A stretch of DNA of 36,951 nucleotides from Candidatus Kaiserbacteria bacterium RIFCSPHIGHO2_12_FULL_53_13 (GCA_001781555.1 MFLP01000006.1:1-36951), one strand, 5' to 3'; shown: positions 1 to 9,937, numbered from the stretch's first letter. The notes: a model not told the origin generated them from the sequence alone. Numbers and translations: made by a program.

Positions 1-1
1 A

Positions 2-880
2 TTCGATAAGCTCCGGATCGCCAAGCTCTTTCAGGAATCAGGCGAGATAGTGGCGATGACCGGCGACGGTGTGAATGACGCACCGAGCATTAAGCAGGCC
101 GACGTCGGCATTGCGATGGGTTCAGGCACGGAAGTTGCCCAAAGCGTTGCCGACCTGGTGCTGCTAGACGATAATTTTGAGACCATTGTTGCAGCCATAG
201 AGGAAGGCCGGCAGATACTCGCCAACATACGCAAGGTGCTCGTGTATCTCCTTTCTAATGTTACGGACGGGTTGATACTTATCGGCGGATCTCTGCTCAC
301 CGGTTTGCCCCTGCCGCTCAATGCGCTTCAGATCCTGTGGGTCAATTTCTTTACGGATAGTTTTCCGGCCATGTCGTTTGCTTTTGAAAAAGAACCGGAT
401 GTTCTGTCGCGCAAGCCGCGCACTGGCAAAACAGAACTCTTCGACCCGCTTATGAAATTCCTCATTCTTATCATTGGCCTGTCCACGAGCGCCCTGCTCT
501 TCGTCATATATTTTGTTTTGATGCGTCTTGGCTTCGACGAAGCCACTGTTCGTACGTTCACCTTTGCAGCTTTCGGCACATACACCCTGCTCGTGGCTCT
601 TTCGGTGAGAAGCTTGGATAAAAGCATCCTGTCTTATCCGCTGTTTTCAAACCGATATCTTACCGGCGGCATTCTTATCGGGTTCGTCCTTATGGCCGCC
701 GCTATATACATTCCCGGACTGCAAACGCTTTTTGGAACGGTATCATTACCGCTCCATTGGATTATCGGAGTCCTGCTGGTCGGCGCTCTCAACATTGTAC
801 TGATCGAGTGGAGCAAGAAGTCTTTTGAGCGGCTCGAGCAAGCTTATGTGAAAACGAAACAGGTGTCACATGCCGTTTAG
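2..880 (+). CDS. Cation-transporting P-type ATPase (P2/Ca2+-type), C-terminal part; 5' end is outside the window
   Basis: Frame open from position 2 ([40 protein letters not shown]). Hinge motif TGDGVND, DDNFETIV, QILWVN, then several TM helices. Confidence 0.93.
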   Translation, partial: FDKLRIAKLFQESGEIVAMTGDGVNDAPSIKQADVGIAMGSGTEVAQSVADLVLLDDNFETIVAAIEEGRQILANIRKVLVYLLSNVTDGLILIGGSLLTGLPLPLNALQILWVNFFTDSFPAMSFAFEKEPDVLSRKPRTGKTELFDPLMKFLILIIGLSTSALLFVIYFVLMRLGFDEATVRTFTFAAFGTYTLLVALSVRSLDKSILSYPLFSNRYLTGGILIGFVLMAAAIYIPGLQTLFGTVSLPLHWIIGVLLVGALNIVLIEWSKKSFERLEQAYVKTKQVSHAV

Positions 881-892
881 CGCGGTTCTGGT

Positions 893-952
893 TCGGGACG
901 GCTGTAGTCGTCGAGAGCGCGTAAGCGTTTCGAATGGAAACGAAGCTCCCGA
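893..952. terminator. Branched hairpin between convergent genes (possible bidirectional terminator or REP-like element)
   Basis: TCGGGA 893-898 / TCCCGA 947-952 enclose GACGGC-TGTA-GTCGTC (897-912) and CGTTTC-GAATG-GAAACG (926-942). No clear U-tract. Confidence 0.4.
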
Positions 953-953
953 T

Positions 954-2129
954 CTATTTCAGCGCCAACAGAGTATTTATATAGTGCGTTGACATGCCCC
1001 CGTAGCTTTTCTCGCCCGCAAGAGCCTTCTCCACGACTCCTAGTTGCTCATCATAATGGGAACGGGAAGTGTTGTGGAAAGTGATGTACGAAGGAAGAAC
1101 GTCTCCCGTCTCTCCGGCCACCACTATCTTGGTCCGGTATCGGGCCGCTTCATCTATCTCATTCTTTGAGATCTCGATTATCCCGTTTTCCCCCTCGGCG
1201 AAGTTGCGGTATGCCATGACTATTATTTTGCTGCCAGGTCTTCGGTCGAGTACGCCGAGCAGATGATCAAGCGTGTAGCCGTACCTGAATCCGTAGAAAT
1301 ACTTCGGCGTTCCGTCTTGAGAGCCGTCATAGAATTCCGGAATGGCCACTGATAATGCCAGATCGCTGTCGCTGAGCTTGGCCATCGATGCCTGCATCAA
1401 AGCGACAAAGCGGTGGAGCGTCGACTTCTTATTTTCCTTATACGATTCGAGCAGATACGGCTCTACGTCGTACTGGAAACCACGCAACTTCTCGGCGTGC
1501 GTCCTGTTGTATCCGACGGCGTATTCAAGGACCGCAAAAGCCTTGTACTCATGCCCGGGTTCCGCCCAATTCCTCCAGCCGCCCTCGGCATCCACGGTCA
1601 TGCCATTTTTTCGCGCCTGCGTTATGAATTTTTCCAGCGCGTCGTCAAACTTCTTTTTCGTCCCGTCTTTCTTCGGACCATCGGGAAGCGTATAGATATC
1701 CAGGTACGAATCTATGGACAGATATATGTTGCGTATCCCGTTATGTTTCGCTCCGGAGATAATAGAGTCTCTATACTCGGGAGTTATCTTGAGCAAAGGG
1801 GTCCACAACCACGTGCCTTTTTCCATCTGTACCGGCCCGTCTTCCCGCGCACTCCTTGGAACGAAGCTCAGTATGTTAGCCAGAGCCAACAATCTAGCGC
1901 CCTCAAGGGTAGCCGTATTCCTGAAACGCGGGTCGGACACGATCGCGTTCTCGGTGATATGCCCGTCCGAATACTGGACGGGATATGTTATTTCGCGCAC
2001 CTTATCTGATACGACGACGGCGCCCTGGTGGGTGCTCGTCAACTTGTACACCGAGACGCCGGCTCCTGCTCCTATGATAAGCGCGGAGAACAGAAGAGTC
2101 TTTCTGAGTGTCAGTCCTCGTTTTCTCAT
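954..2129 (-). CDS. Membrane-anchored exported protein, putative glycoside-hydrolase-like TIM barrel
   Basis: Basic N-terminus plus one TM helix; motifs GTWLW, GFQYDVEPY, IIVMAYR, VAGET. Start 2129 (MRKRG) is 7 nt after TACAAT; ORF track starts at 2138. Confidence 0.7.
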   Translation of the reverse strand: MRKRGLTLRKTLLFSALIIGAGAGVSVYKLTSTHQGAVVVSDKVREITYPVQYSDGHITENAIVSDPRFRNTATLEGARLLALANILSFVPRSAREDGPVQMEKGTWLWTPLLKITPEYRDSIISGAKHNGIRNIYLSIDSYLDIYTLPDGPKKDGTKKKFDDALEKFITQARKNGMTVDAEGGWRNWAEPGHEYKAFAVLEYAVGYNRTHAEKLRGFQYDVEPYLLESYKENKKSTLHRFVALMQASMAKLSDSDLALSVAIPEFYDGSQDGTPKYFYGFRYGYTLDHLLGVLDRRPGSKIIVMAYRNFAEGENGIIEISKNEIDEAARYRTKIVVAGETGDVLPSYITFHNTSRSHYDEQLGVVEKALAGEKSYGGMSTHYINTLLALK

Positions 2130-2185
2130 CAAGTCCATTGTATCTCACTTTTGGAATCGAACCGCCGGAATGAGATGATAAAGGG

Positions 2186-2428
2186 ATGTACTTCGTATAC
2201 ATATTAAAGTGCCGCGATGGAAGCCTGTATACAGGCGTGACCACCGATCTGCATCGACGCCTTGAGCAGCACAAAAAGGGCAAGGGCGGGCACTACACAC
2301 GCGCAAAAGGCGCGCTGAAAATCCAGTATTCGGAAAAGGCAGGAAGCCGCAGTGTAGCACTGAAGCGCGAAACAGAGATTAAGAGCTGGACACGGAAGAA
2401 GAAATTGAATTTGATAAAGTTCGGGTGA
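2186..2428 (+). CDS. GIY-YIG nuclease family protein (UPF0213/YazA-like)
   Basis: YFVYILKCRDGSLYTGVTTDLHRRLEQH, YTR, ALKRETEIKSW. Confidence 0.92.
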   Translation: MYFVYILKCRDGSLYTGVTTDLHRRLEQHKKGKGGHYTRAKGALKIQYSEKAGSRSVALKRETEIKSWTRKKKLNLIKFG

Positions 2429-2483
2429 TTTTAAGTTAGGTTCAAACTTGGGGGATTTTTATGAGAAGTTTCAAAGTTGTCTA

Positions 2484-3116
2484 CTAGTTGCTGATCGCCG
2501 GGGCTTTGCCGATGTAGGTATTGCTCGTCAATTGCTCCAGGAGGAAATCGACGAAGTCGGCTCGCGACACCCACGGCCACTCCACTCCGTTCCCGAAATA
2601 GCCGACGGTCACGCGTCCTCTTTTCCGGCCATTGGTGAGGAGAGGAACGCGCACCAGCGTCCAGTCGAGACCGCTCTTTCGGAGTATCGTCCCGACTGTT
2701 CTTATGTCTTCGTGTCCTTTCCGTATGATGAAACCGACCACGACGATGAGCGACCAAAAGATCAGAGAGAAACCGTCGTTGTCGTCCGGAATGGTCGGCG
2801 TGCCTAAGGCAATGATGCGCTTCACGCCGTGCTTTTTCATGGCCTGGACAATGCTTTCATATGCGGGAGAGAATATGAGCTTGTCTTGTCTTCCGACAGG
2901 ACCCATCACGGATACCACCACATCCGCGCCCTTCACGGCCTCTTCTATTTTGTCTTTGTCTTCCAATCCTCCTTGCACAATAAGGAGTTTCGGGTGAACG
3001 ACGGCGATCTTCTGCGGCGACCGCGCATAGGCCGCGACACTGTACCCCCGAGCGAGGGCTTCTTTGATGAGTCGGGTGCCGACCCGGCCCGTCGCTCCGA
3101 AAACGGCTATTCTCAT
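2484..3116 (-). CDS. NAD(P)H-binding atypical SDR (flavin reductase/biliverdin IX-beta reductase-like)
   Basis: MRIAVFGATGRVG Rossmann motif, LDWTLVR, VSRADFVDF. Start 3116 preferred over 3134 because GATAAT lies 6 nt upstream. Confidence 0.88.
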   Translation of the reverse strand: MRIAVFGATGRVGTRLIKEALARGYSVAAYARSPQKIAVVHPKLLIVQGGLEDKDKIEEAVKGADVVVSVMGPVGRQDKLIFSPAYESIVQAMKKHGVKRIIALGTPTIPDDNDGFSLIFWSLIVVVGFIIRKGHEDIRTVGTILRKSGLDWTLVRVPLLTNGRKRGRVTVGYFGNGVEWPWVSRADFVDFLLEQLTSNTYIGKAPAISN

Positions 3117-3244
3117 CAGGGGATTATCATGCACGGGCGCGGAAAATCAAATCTCGGCAGGATTAGTACTTTCTTGCTCCGAGGCCCTGGACACATGAAT
3201 ATGCGTGTTAAAATGGCAGGTATTATAAAAGTAATTCTTCGCGT

Positions 3245-3670
3245 ATGTTTTCATTATTGAAATTATCATGGGCGTCGCAGTGCCCCGATTCGGCGCCGCT
3301 TCTCCTCCGGCTCGCCGCAGGAGCGATTTTTCTCGTGCATGGCTGGCAGAAACTTACCATGGGCGTTGCCGGTGTTGCGGGTTTCCTCGGCCAGTTGGGC
3401 TTTCCGGCGCCGGAGTTCTTTGCGGTTATTCTCATAGCTGTCGAGGTGGCGGGCGGCGCGGCGCTTATTCTCGGCGTACTGACGAGATTCGCGGCCGCTC
3501 TCAGTTCTATCGTTGCCTTGGTCGCGCTCCTTACCGTCCACCTCTCAAAGGGCTTTTTCGTCAATGAGGGAGGATATGAATTCATCGCGCTCATCCTCGC
3601 GGCATCTCTGGCGCTCCTTATCACGGGCGCAGGAAAGTATTCGCTCGACAGGACTCTCAAGCTCGACTGA
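3245..3670 (+). CDS. DoxX family membrane protein
   Basis: LLRLAAGAIFLVHGWQK, EVAGG, GGYEF, GAGKYSLD. Confidence 0.92.
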   Translation: MFSLLKLSWASQCPDSAPLLLRLAAGAIFLVHGWQKLTMGVAGVAGFLGQLGFPAPEFFAVILIAVEVAGGAALILGVLTRFAAALSSIVALVALLTVHLSKGFFVNEGGYEFIALILAASLALLITGAGKYSLDRTLKLD

Positions 3671-3686
3671 CCGCACAGACTGACCG

Positions 3687-3710
3687 CAGGTTGCTTGCCG
3701 CCTGTTTTTT
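3687..3710 (+). terminator. Putative intrinsic terminator after the DoxX gene
   Basis: CAGGT...GCCTG stem followed by TTTTTT. Confidence 0.5.
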
Positions 3711-3742
3711 GGGTGTTTGAAATGGGGTAGTAGAATAGAGGC

Positions 3743-4240
3743 ATGTACACCACGCTTCTCTCAGATTTCTCGCGGGTAATCATCAAACCGAAGGACAAGA
3801 ACTATGCGGGCGCGCTTAATCCTATCCACCGCGACCTGACGGAGAAACTCGGCGAACGTTATGGCATTTTTGATTATTTTGAACTCAACGAAAAGCTACT
3901 CGATTTCTATAGATCGCTGAAAGCAGAGCTATCCGTAAATATTTTCACAACGGATATTCTGCAAAATCACCCTCTGCTAATGCCGAGATTGGAACCGATA
4001 TTTGAGAATATTTTTTCCGCGAACACTCTCGGTCTGAGTAAAAAAGAACCGAGCGCGTACTTATTCATAGCTGAGAAGCTGCGCGTCCGACCGGAGAGCA
4101 TCGTATATATTGACGACCAAATAAAGAATGTTGAGGCCGCGCAGGAAGCCGGATTGTCCGCCCTGCATTACACGGATAACGATGACGAGATAATTAAGGA
4201 AGTGTCTTTATTATTGCATCCAGAGCAACAAGCCGCCTGA
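3743..4240 (+). CDS. HAD superfamily hydrolase (IA-like)
   Basis: Motif I LSDFSRV, KKEPSAY, motif IV YIDDQIKNVEAA. Confidence 0.82.
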   Translation: MYTTLLSDFSRVIIKPKDKNYAGALNPIHRDLTEKLGERYGIFDYFELNEKLLDFYRSLKAELSVNIFTTDILQNHPLLMPRLEPIFENIFSANTLGLSKKEPSAYLFIAEKLRVRPESIVYIDDQIKNVEAAQEAGLSALHYTDNDDEIIKEVSLLLHPEQQAA

Positions 4241-4279
4241 ATCTATGGCCATTTGTCCGTGGAAGTATATAATTTGGTC

Positions 4280-4513
4280 ATGTCTACAGAAGAATTCAGA
4301 GTCGACGGAGAGCAATTGCTCGCGAAAGTGAAAGAGCTTATCCACGAGGGCAATATCCGCCGCATCACCATTAAGAATGAAAAAGGTGAGACAGTGATCG
4401 AGATACCGCTTACTCTGGGCGCCATCGGCGCCTTGCTAGTACCCACGCTCGCGGCGGTCGGCGCGATCGCGGCGCTTGTTACGAAGTGTTCTATTATCGT
4501 AGAGAAGAAATAA
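4280..4513 (+). CDS. DUF4342 domain protein
   Basis: KVKELIHEGNIRRITIK...EIPLTLGAIGALLVP. ATG 4280 is 6 nt after TATAAT. Confidence 0.85.
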   Translation: MSTEEFRVDGEQLLAKVKELIHEGNIRRITIKNEKGETVIEIPLTLGAIGALLVPTLAAVGAIAALVTKCSIIVEKK

Positions 4514-4521
4514 AACACGCT

Positions 4522-4686
4522 ATGGAGAAAATAAAAATTGAGCATCACACATTGTCGGGAGGTTTGTGGATAGGAGCATGGCTTTTTACCGTCGGTTTCT
4601 TGAAGCTTACATTTTGGCAAGGCGTACTTGCCATCGTCATCTGGCCCTATTATCTAGGCGCGGCATTCAGCTCGTTCCTCAATTAA
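4522..4686 (+). CDS. Small membrane protein (54 aa)
   Basis: MEKIKIEHHTLSGGLWIGAWLFTVGFLKLTFWQGVLAIVIWPYYLG; two hydrophobic segments; 8 nt after the previous stop. Confidence 0.7.
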   Translation: MEKIKIEHHTLSGGLWIGAWLFTVGFLKLTFWQGVLAIVIWPYYLGAAFSSFLN

Positions 4687-4711
4687 ACGGGTGTTGTTGA
4701 GCGCTTTCCAT

Positions 4712-5875
4712 ATGAAAACATCGGCCATTATTGGAATGCTCGTTTCCATCGCTGTCATCGTTGGAATTTGGTTTTGGATGGACAAAAACGCATCGCCGCA
4801 AAGTGCAGCAGTGGATTATAAGAATGCGACATATGTAATTGATGGACAGCCAGTGACACTCGTAAACGACCGTGCAGAAACTCCAGCGGCGCCGGGCTCG
4901 GCTTCCAAAATAGTGACGCAATATTTCGGCAACGAGGCCGCGGGGGATCTAGACGGTGACAGACAGGATGATATCGCATTCATCCTCACGCAAGACAGGG
5001 GCGGAAGCGGGACGTTCTTTTACGCGGCGGCCGCGCTCAAAACCGCGGACGGATACAGGGGCACAAACGCGATACTCCTCGGCGACAGGGTAGCTCCGCA
5101 GACGACGGAAATCAGGAACGGTCTTCTCATCGCCAATTATGCCGATCGCGCGCAGGGGGAGCCGATGACGGCGCGGCCTTCTGTCGGAGTGTCGAAATAT
5201 CTGACGCTCGCCGACAGCACGCTGAAAGAGATAGCGCCGTTGTCGAAAGGGGAGCAAGTATCGTTCGGTTATCTGACCATCGGGCATGAGGTGCGCTCGT
5301 TCCGCCCGTGCGGGGAGGGGCAGCCCGAATACTGGCTCTCCGGCGATTCGCCCGCATTGGACGAGCTCAAGGGCGCGTATGCGAGAGAGGTCTCGGATGT
5401 CCCCCCTTCCGCCTATACTCCGCTTTTCGCAGTCCTTGCCGGCCGGATCACAGATACCCCCGCAGACGGCTTCGGAGCCGATTACGCGCATGCTCTTCGC
5501 GTATCGGAGCTCATACGGGCCGACAGGGAGGAGAGTTGTAAGAGCGACATGATCATCGTCACATCGCCGCGCGCTGGCGCCGCGATCGCTTCTCCGCTCA
5601 CCGTCGAGGGCTACGCGCGCGGTCCCTGGTATTTCGAGGCAAGTTTCCCCCTCATCCTCACGGATTGGGACGGGAAAATAATCGCCGAAGGGTACGCGAC
5701 GGCGCAGGGCGAATGGATGACGGAATCGTTCGTCCCATTCAATGGGACGCTTGAGTTCAAAAAGCCGGAGGCGGCGAATGGATTTTCGAGAAAAGGAACT
5801 CTAATATTCAAGAAGGATAACCCTTCGGGAATGCCGGAAAAAGACGATTCGATGTCTATTCCCGTGGGCTTTTAA
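4712..5875 (+). CDS. Membrane-anchored surface protein with C-terminal Gmad2 Ig-like domain
   Basis: N-terminal TM; C-terminal SPLTVEGYARGPWYFEASFP...WMTESFVPF...KDNPSG; central GHEVRSFRPCG module. Confidence 0.8.
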   Translation: MKTSAIIGMLVSIAVIVGIWFWMDKNASPQSAAVDYKNATYVIDGQPVTLVNDRAETPAAPGSASKIVTQYFGNEAAGDLDGDRQDDIAFILTQDRGGSGTFFYAAAALKTADGYRGTNAILLGDRVAPQTTEIRNGLLIANYADRAQGEPMTARPSVGVSKYLTLADSTLKEIAPLSKGEQVSFGYLTIGHEVRSFRPCGEGQPEYWLSGDSPALDELKGAYAREVSDVPPSAYTPLFAVLAGRITDTPADGFGADYAHALRVSELIRADREESCKSDMIIVTSPRAGAAIASPLTVEGYARGPWYFEASFPLILTDWDGKIIAEGYATAQGEWMTESFVPFNGTLEFKKPEAANGFSRKGTLIFKKDNPSGMPEKDDSMSIPVGF

Positions 5876-5926
5876 TAAGAGCTCGCCGCTTTAAAAACGT
5901 CGGGATATTTTTGCCATGATCAGAAT

Positions 5927-6814
5927 ATGAAAGACATGTCCGAAACACGGAAAGGGGAATTGCTCATATTCTTGGGGGCGGTTTTGTGGTCTTTTTTCCC
6001 GATCATCACCGTACTCACGTATTCGACCCTGCCGAGCCTGATATCGCTCGCGTGGAGCACGCTCCTTGCGACGCTGTTCTTCGCCGGGGTCATGACGTAT
6101 CGTAGAAAATGGCACGAACTCCGCGATATCCAGCTGTGGAAGTATTCGCTCCTCGTCGCGTTCTTTATCGGCATCCTGTACTACAGCTTCATCTTCGTCG
6201 GTCTTGAAAGCACGACTCCCGGCAACATGGCCATCATCGCGCTCTTCGAAGTGTTCACGTCGTTCCTGCTCTTCAACGTGTTCGGGAAAGAAGCCATTTC
6301 GTTCGAGCACAAAGTCGGTGCGGCACTCATGGTCATGGGTGCCGCTATCGTGCTCATGCGGGATTTTTCCGGCATCAACGTTGGCGATGTGCTCATCCTC
6401 GTCGCCGTCTGCTGTTCTCCGTTCGGGAATCTCTTCCAACAGCGAGCCCGCACAATCGCCTCAAGCGAAGCGATCATGTTCCTCCGAAGCATGTTCTCAA
6501 CTCCCGCGTTGTTCCTGCTTGCCTATGCGCTCGGCGCTCGCGTATCGCTCGCCGATGCCCGCGCGTCGCTCCTGTTCCTTCTCATCAACGGCGTATTGCT
6601 TCTCGGACTGTCAAAGCTTTTCTGGATAGAAGCGATACACCGCATCTCGGTCACGAAAGGCGTCGCACTCTCAAGCGTGAACCCGTTCCTTACCCTGCTT
6701 CTCGCGTGGCTCATCCTTCATCAGGCGCCCGCCATGTGGCAGATCGCCGGGCTTATCCCGCTCGTAGCCGGTGTCCTGTTTCTGACCGGGCAACTTAAAT
6801 TCAGAGCGAATTAA
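5927..6814 (+). CDS. EamA/DMT family transporter
   Basis: 295 aa, about 10 TM helices in two repeats, GLESTTPGN, VNPFLTLLLAW. Confidence 0.9.
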   Translation: MKDMSETRKGELLIFLGAVLWSFFPIITVLTYSTLPSLISLAWSTLLATLFFAGVMTYRRKWHELRDIQLWKYSLLVAFFIGILYYSFIFVGLESTTPGNMAIIALFEVFTSFLLFNVFGKEAISFEHKVGAALMVMGAAIVLMRDFSGINVGDVLILVAVCCSPFGNLFQQRARTIASSEAIMFLRSMFSTPALFLLAYALGARVSLADARASLLFLLINGVLLLGLSKLFWIEAIHRISVTKGVALSSVNPFLTLLLAWLILHQAPAMWQIAGLIPLVAGVLFLTGQLKFRAN

Positions 6815-6829
6815 TTGTCCACACCCCTG

Positions 6830-6858
6830 TTGCATATACCCCCTAGGGGGTATATACT
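6830..6858 (+). promoter_or_regulatory. Sigma70 promoter of the csoR-copA operon
   Basis: TTGCAT (6830-6835), 17-bp spacer, TATACT (6853-6858); ATG 9 nt downstream. Confidence 0.75.
6834..6855. promoter_or_regulatory. CsoR operator
   Basis: Perfect 22-bp palindrome ATATACCCCCTAGGGGGTATAT (TAC-C tract-G tract-GTA, the CsoR-type architecture) filling the promoter spacer. Confidence 0.9.
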
Positions 6859-6867
6859 ATTGCTCAT

Positions 6868-7143
6868 ATGAAACATGCACATGACTCTGGAAAGGGGAAG
6901 CTGATACGTCGTCTCAAGATAATAGAAGGGCAGGTTAGGGGTCTTCAAGAAATGGTAGAAAAAGGCGCCTATTGTATTGATGTCATTACGCAGAGTTCTG
7001 CAGTGAAGCAAGGGCTCTCGAATGTGGAAGACGTACTTTTGGAGAACCATCTATCAACGTGTGTCATTAAGCAGATAAAAAACGGCAGTGAGAAAAAGGC
7101 GGTCGCTGAAATGATAAAAGTCTACAAGCTGAAACGAAAATAA
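6868..7143 (+). CDS. csoR: Cu(I)-sensing repressor, CsoR/RcnR family
   Basis: [25 protein letters not shown] (C-H-C ligand fingerprint); directly upstream of copA. Confidence 0.92.
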   Translation: MKHAHDSGKGKLIRRLKIIEGQVRGLQEMVEKGAYCIDVITQSSAVKQGLSNVEDVLLENHLSTCVIKQIKNGSEKKAVAEMIKVYKLKRK

Positions 7144-7144
7144 T

Positions 7145-9430
7145 ATGACGCCGCACACGTTCAGAGTAAAAGGAATGCATTGTGCTTCGTGTGCGAGCAT
7201 TATCGAGAAGACGCTTAAAAAGGTAGGAGGTGTACATACTGTGGAGGTGAACTACGGAACAGAAACGGCGAAGATAGCGTTCGACGAGCATGCGACGCAC
7301 GCGCACGCGCTTTCCGAAAAGATAAAGCCGCTCGGCTACTCGCTCGTTGTGCCTACGGCAGAATCCATGGGCATGTCAGAAGACGAGCATGCCGCCCATC
7401 TTGGACTCGGCCAATCAAAAGCAGAGAAGCTCGCGGAAATTGCCGACATGAAATGGAAAGTTATTTCCGCCATACCGCTCACCGTGTTTAGCGCTTTTGT
7501 TTTAGGCTGGGAGATTTTTGCTCAATTCAACATAAGCCCAGTCGTTCCGTATTTCTGGAAAGAATTTTTTCACCATCTTCTGCCGCTCATGGCGACGTAC
7601 ATGCTCTTTGTCGTCGGCAAGCCCTATCTGCTCGGTTTTTACCGTTTTCTCCGCTACGGCAAGGCAAACATGGACACGCTCATCGGATTAGGCACTTCCG
7701 TTGCCTATCTCTACAGTTTTGCCGTTTCTGCATTTGAAGAAACGCTTCGCCCCTTCATTAATGTTGAGCAGTCATATTATGACGTGACCATCATCGTCGT
7801 AACATTCATCGCGCTCGGGAAATATCTTGAAGCGCGCTCCAAGCTGAAGACGGGTGACGCGATAGAAAAGCTACTCAATCTGCAGGCAAAGACGGCGCTC
7901 GTTTTGCGAGATGGAAAGGAAATGGAAATTCCGGTGGACCAAGTTGTCCACGGCGAGCTTATTATCGTCAAACCGGCAGGCAAAATTCCCGTTGACGGGA
8001 TTCTTGCCGAGGGTGGGTCCTTTGTAGATGAGTCGATGATCACCGGTGAGCCGATGCCGGTTAAAAAGGGAATCGGCGACGCGGTAGTCGCAGGGACGCT
8101 CAATACCAGCGGATCGTTCACATTTAAGGCGACGAAAGTCGGCTCTGAAACAATGCTTGCTCATATAGTGAAAATGGTTGAAGAGGCGCAGGGAAGCCGC
8201 GCCCCGATACAGGCGCTCGCGGACAAGATATCGTCTGTATTTGTACCCGTTGTGCTGGTTCTTGCGCTCTTGTCGCTCGGCGCGTGGCTTGTCATAGGGT
8301 CTCAATATCTCGGATTTTCTCAGGCGCTCTCGTTCGGATTAGTGTCATTCGTGGGCATTCTCGTGATTGCGTGCCCGTGCGCCTTGGGACTTGCGACGCC
8401 GACGGCGATCATCGTGGGCGTTGGAAAGGGTGCAAAGGAGGGGATTCTCGTCAAAGATGCGGCTACGCTTGAGAAACTGCATAGGGTAAATGTAGTTGTC
8501 GCGGACAAGACCGGAACTATCACGAAAGGCAAACCGGAGCTCGTCTCACTCCAGAATCTCTCGAAGGAAAGCGATGATAAATTGGCGGCGACACTTGCAT
8601 CTCTTGAAAATAAATCCGAGCATCCTATTGCTCATGCAATTGTTTCCTATGCAAAAGAGAAGGGCATTGCGCTTTTGCCTGTTGAACAGTTTGAGGCGGT
8701 AAAAGGGAAAGGACTTACCGGCGTTATTGGCGGAGTGCGTTACTTCGTTGGCAGTGCAAAGCTTGCCCAAGAACATGGCGCGCCGCTCCAATCGCTTGAG
8801 AAAGATACCGCTGAAGGGAAAACTCCGGTCATTCTTGTTGCAGAAAATACAGTTCTTGCCGTGACGATGATCGCGGACCAAGTGAAACCAGAGGCAATCT
8901 CCGCAGTGAGAGATCTGCACGCGCTCGGAATTAAGGTAGTGATGCTGACGGGAGATGACAAGAATACGGCCGCGTTCATAGCGGCTCAAGTGGGGATCGA
9001 CGAAGTTGTCGCGGAAGTTCTGCCTGAAGACAAGTTGAAGAAAATAAAGGAATTTCAGGCGCAGGGCAAGGTCGTCGCGATGGCAGGGGACGGAGTCAAC
9101 GACGCGCCTGCATTAGCCCAGGCGGATGTCGGGATCGCCATGGCGACGGGGACGGATGTCGCCATTGAATCTGCTGGCATCACGCTTCTTCATGGGGACA
9201 TATCAAAGTTAGTGAAAGCAATCCGGCTTTCAAAAATGACAATGCGCGGCATCAAGCAGAACCTTTTCTGGGCCTTCATATACAATATTGTAGGCATCCC
9301 GCTTGCGAGCGGCGTTTTCTATCCGCTGTTCGGATGGCTTCTCTCGCCGGTGTTCGCAGGCTTTGCAATGGCATTCAGCAGTGTTAGCGTTGTATTGAAC
9401 TCACTGCGCCTGAAGACTAAGAATCTATGA
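7145..9430 (+). CDS. copA: Cu(I)-translocating P1B-type ATPase
   Basis: [40 protein letters not shown] and MAFSS transmembrane motifs. Confidence 0.96.
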   Translation: MTPHTFRVKGMHCASCASIIEKTLKKVGGVHTVEVNYGTETAKIAFDEHATHAHALSEKIKPLGYSLVVPTAESMGMSEDEHAAHLGLGQSKAEKLAEIADMKWKVISAIPLTVFSAFVLGWEIFAQFNISPVVPYFWKEFFHHLLPLMATYMLFVVGKPYLLGFYRFLRYGKANMDTLIGLGTSVAYLYSFAVSAFEETLRPFINVEQSYYDVTIIVVTFIALGKYLEARSKLKTGDAIEKLLNLQAKTALVLRDGKEMEIPVDQVVHGELIIVKPAGKIPVDGILAEGGSFVDESMITGEPMPVKKGIGDAVVAGTLNTSGSFTFKATKVGSETMLAHIVKMVEEAQGSRAPIQALADKISSVFVPVVLVLALLSLGAWLVIGSQYLGFSQALSFGLVSFVGILVIACPCALGLATPTAIIVGVGKGAKEGILVKDAATLEKLHRVNVVVADKTGTITKGKPELVSLQNLSKESDDKLAATLASLENKSEHPIAHAIVSYAKEKGIALLPVEQFEAVKGKGLTGVIGGVRYFVGSAKLAQEHGAPLQSLEKDTAEGKTPVILVAENTVLAVTMIADQVKPEAISAVRDLHALGIKVVMLTGDDKNTAAFIAAQVGIDEVVAEVLPEDKLKKIKEFQAQGKVVAMAGDGVNDAPALAQADVGIAMATGTDVAIESAGITLLHGDISKLVKAIRLSKMTMRGIKQNLFWAFIYNIVGIPLASGVFYPLFGWLLSPVFAGFAMAFSSVSVVLNSLRLKTKNL

Positions 9431-9846
9431 GATATAATATGTCATCCACTAAACAAATACTCGCGGCGCTCATACTCGCGGCGCTTCTCGTTATTGTTTT
9501 CTTTAGTTTTGCCACAATGACGCACATTGCGGACGGACGCATGCAGAGCAACTGCCCGTTCTCAACTATGGGAGCCCCGCTGTGCCCGCAGGACGTAGTC
9601 GCTGTCGCCGTTCACCACATATCCGCGTATCAATCGCTTCTGAACGCACCCTTGGTGCCCAGTGTCTCGATGTTCATTGTTGTTTTGCTCATGCTTGTCT
9701 ATGGAGCGTTCATATTTTTGGTTCGTTCGCCACTGCCAAAACCTTATCTCGTAAGGTACTTCTATAATTCCCCGCCGTCCTATTCCAGAAGTAGAGAAAT
9801 AACACGCTGGCTTTCGTTGTTTGAGCACAGTCCCTCTTTGCTCTAG
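9427..9846 (+). CDS. Hypothetical 2-TM protein with Cys/His loop (possible metal-sensing leader protein)
   Basis: ATGA overlap with the copA stop; [29 protein letters not shown]; Pro-rich C-terminal region. Confidence 0.7.
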   Translation: MRYNMSSTKQILAALILAALLVIVFFSFATMTHIADGRMQSNCPFSTMGAPLCPQDVVAVAVHHISAYQSLLNAPLVPSVSMFIVVLLMLVYGAFIFLVRSPLPKPYLVRYFYNSPPSYSRSREITRWLSLFEHSPSLL

Positions 9847-9848
9847 AA

Positions 9849-9910
9849 GCGCCAGGAAAGCTCTTGCTTCCCTGGTGCCTGCTCTCGCTTATCGGCGGGT
9901 TTTTGCTTTT
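9849..9910 (+). terminator. Tandem hairpins with U-tract (terminator or attenuator candidate)
   Basis: GCGCCAGGAAAGC-TCTT-GCTTCCCTGGTGC (9849-9878), then CTCGCT-TATC-GGCGGG (9884-9899) and TTTTTGCTTTT. Confidence 0.55.
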
Positions 9911-9937
9911 GTCATTAAAAGACCAATTCTAATTGCC

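Noticed and set aside
2186-2428. GIY-YIG gene as a homing endonuclease or mobile element
   Set aside because: 80-aa stand-alone UPF0213 type with no DNA-binding extension or intron context
3665-3688. 11-bp direct repeat GACTGACCGCA, two copies
   Set aside because: Only two copies 2 nt apart; a local duplication at a stop codon, not CRISPR
3743-4240. HAD lacking the second Asp of DxD as a pseudo-enzyme
   Set aside because: Substitution at that position is common in HAD-IA subfamilies, and the other motifs are intact
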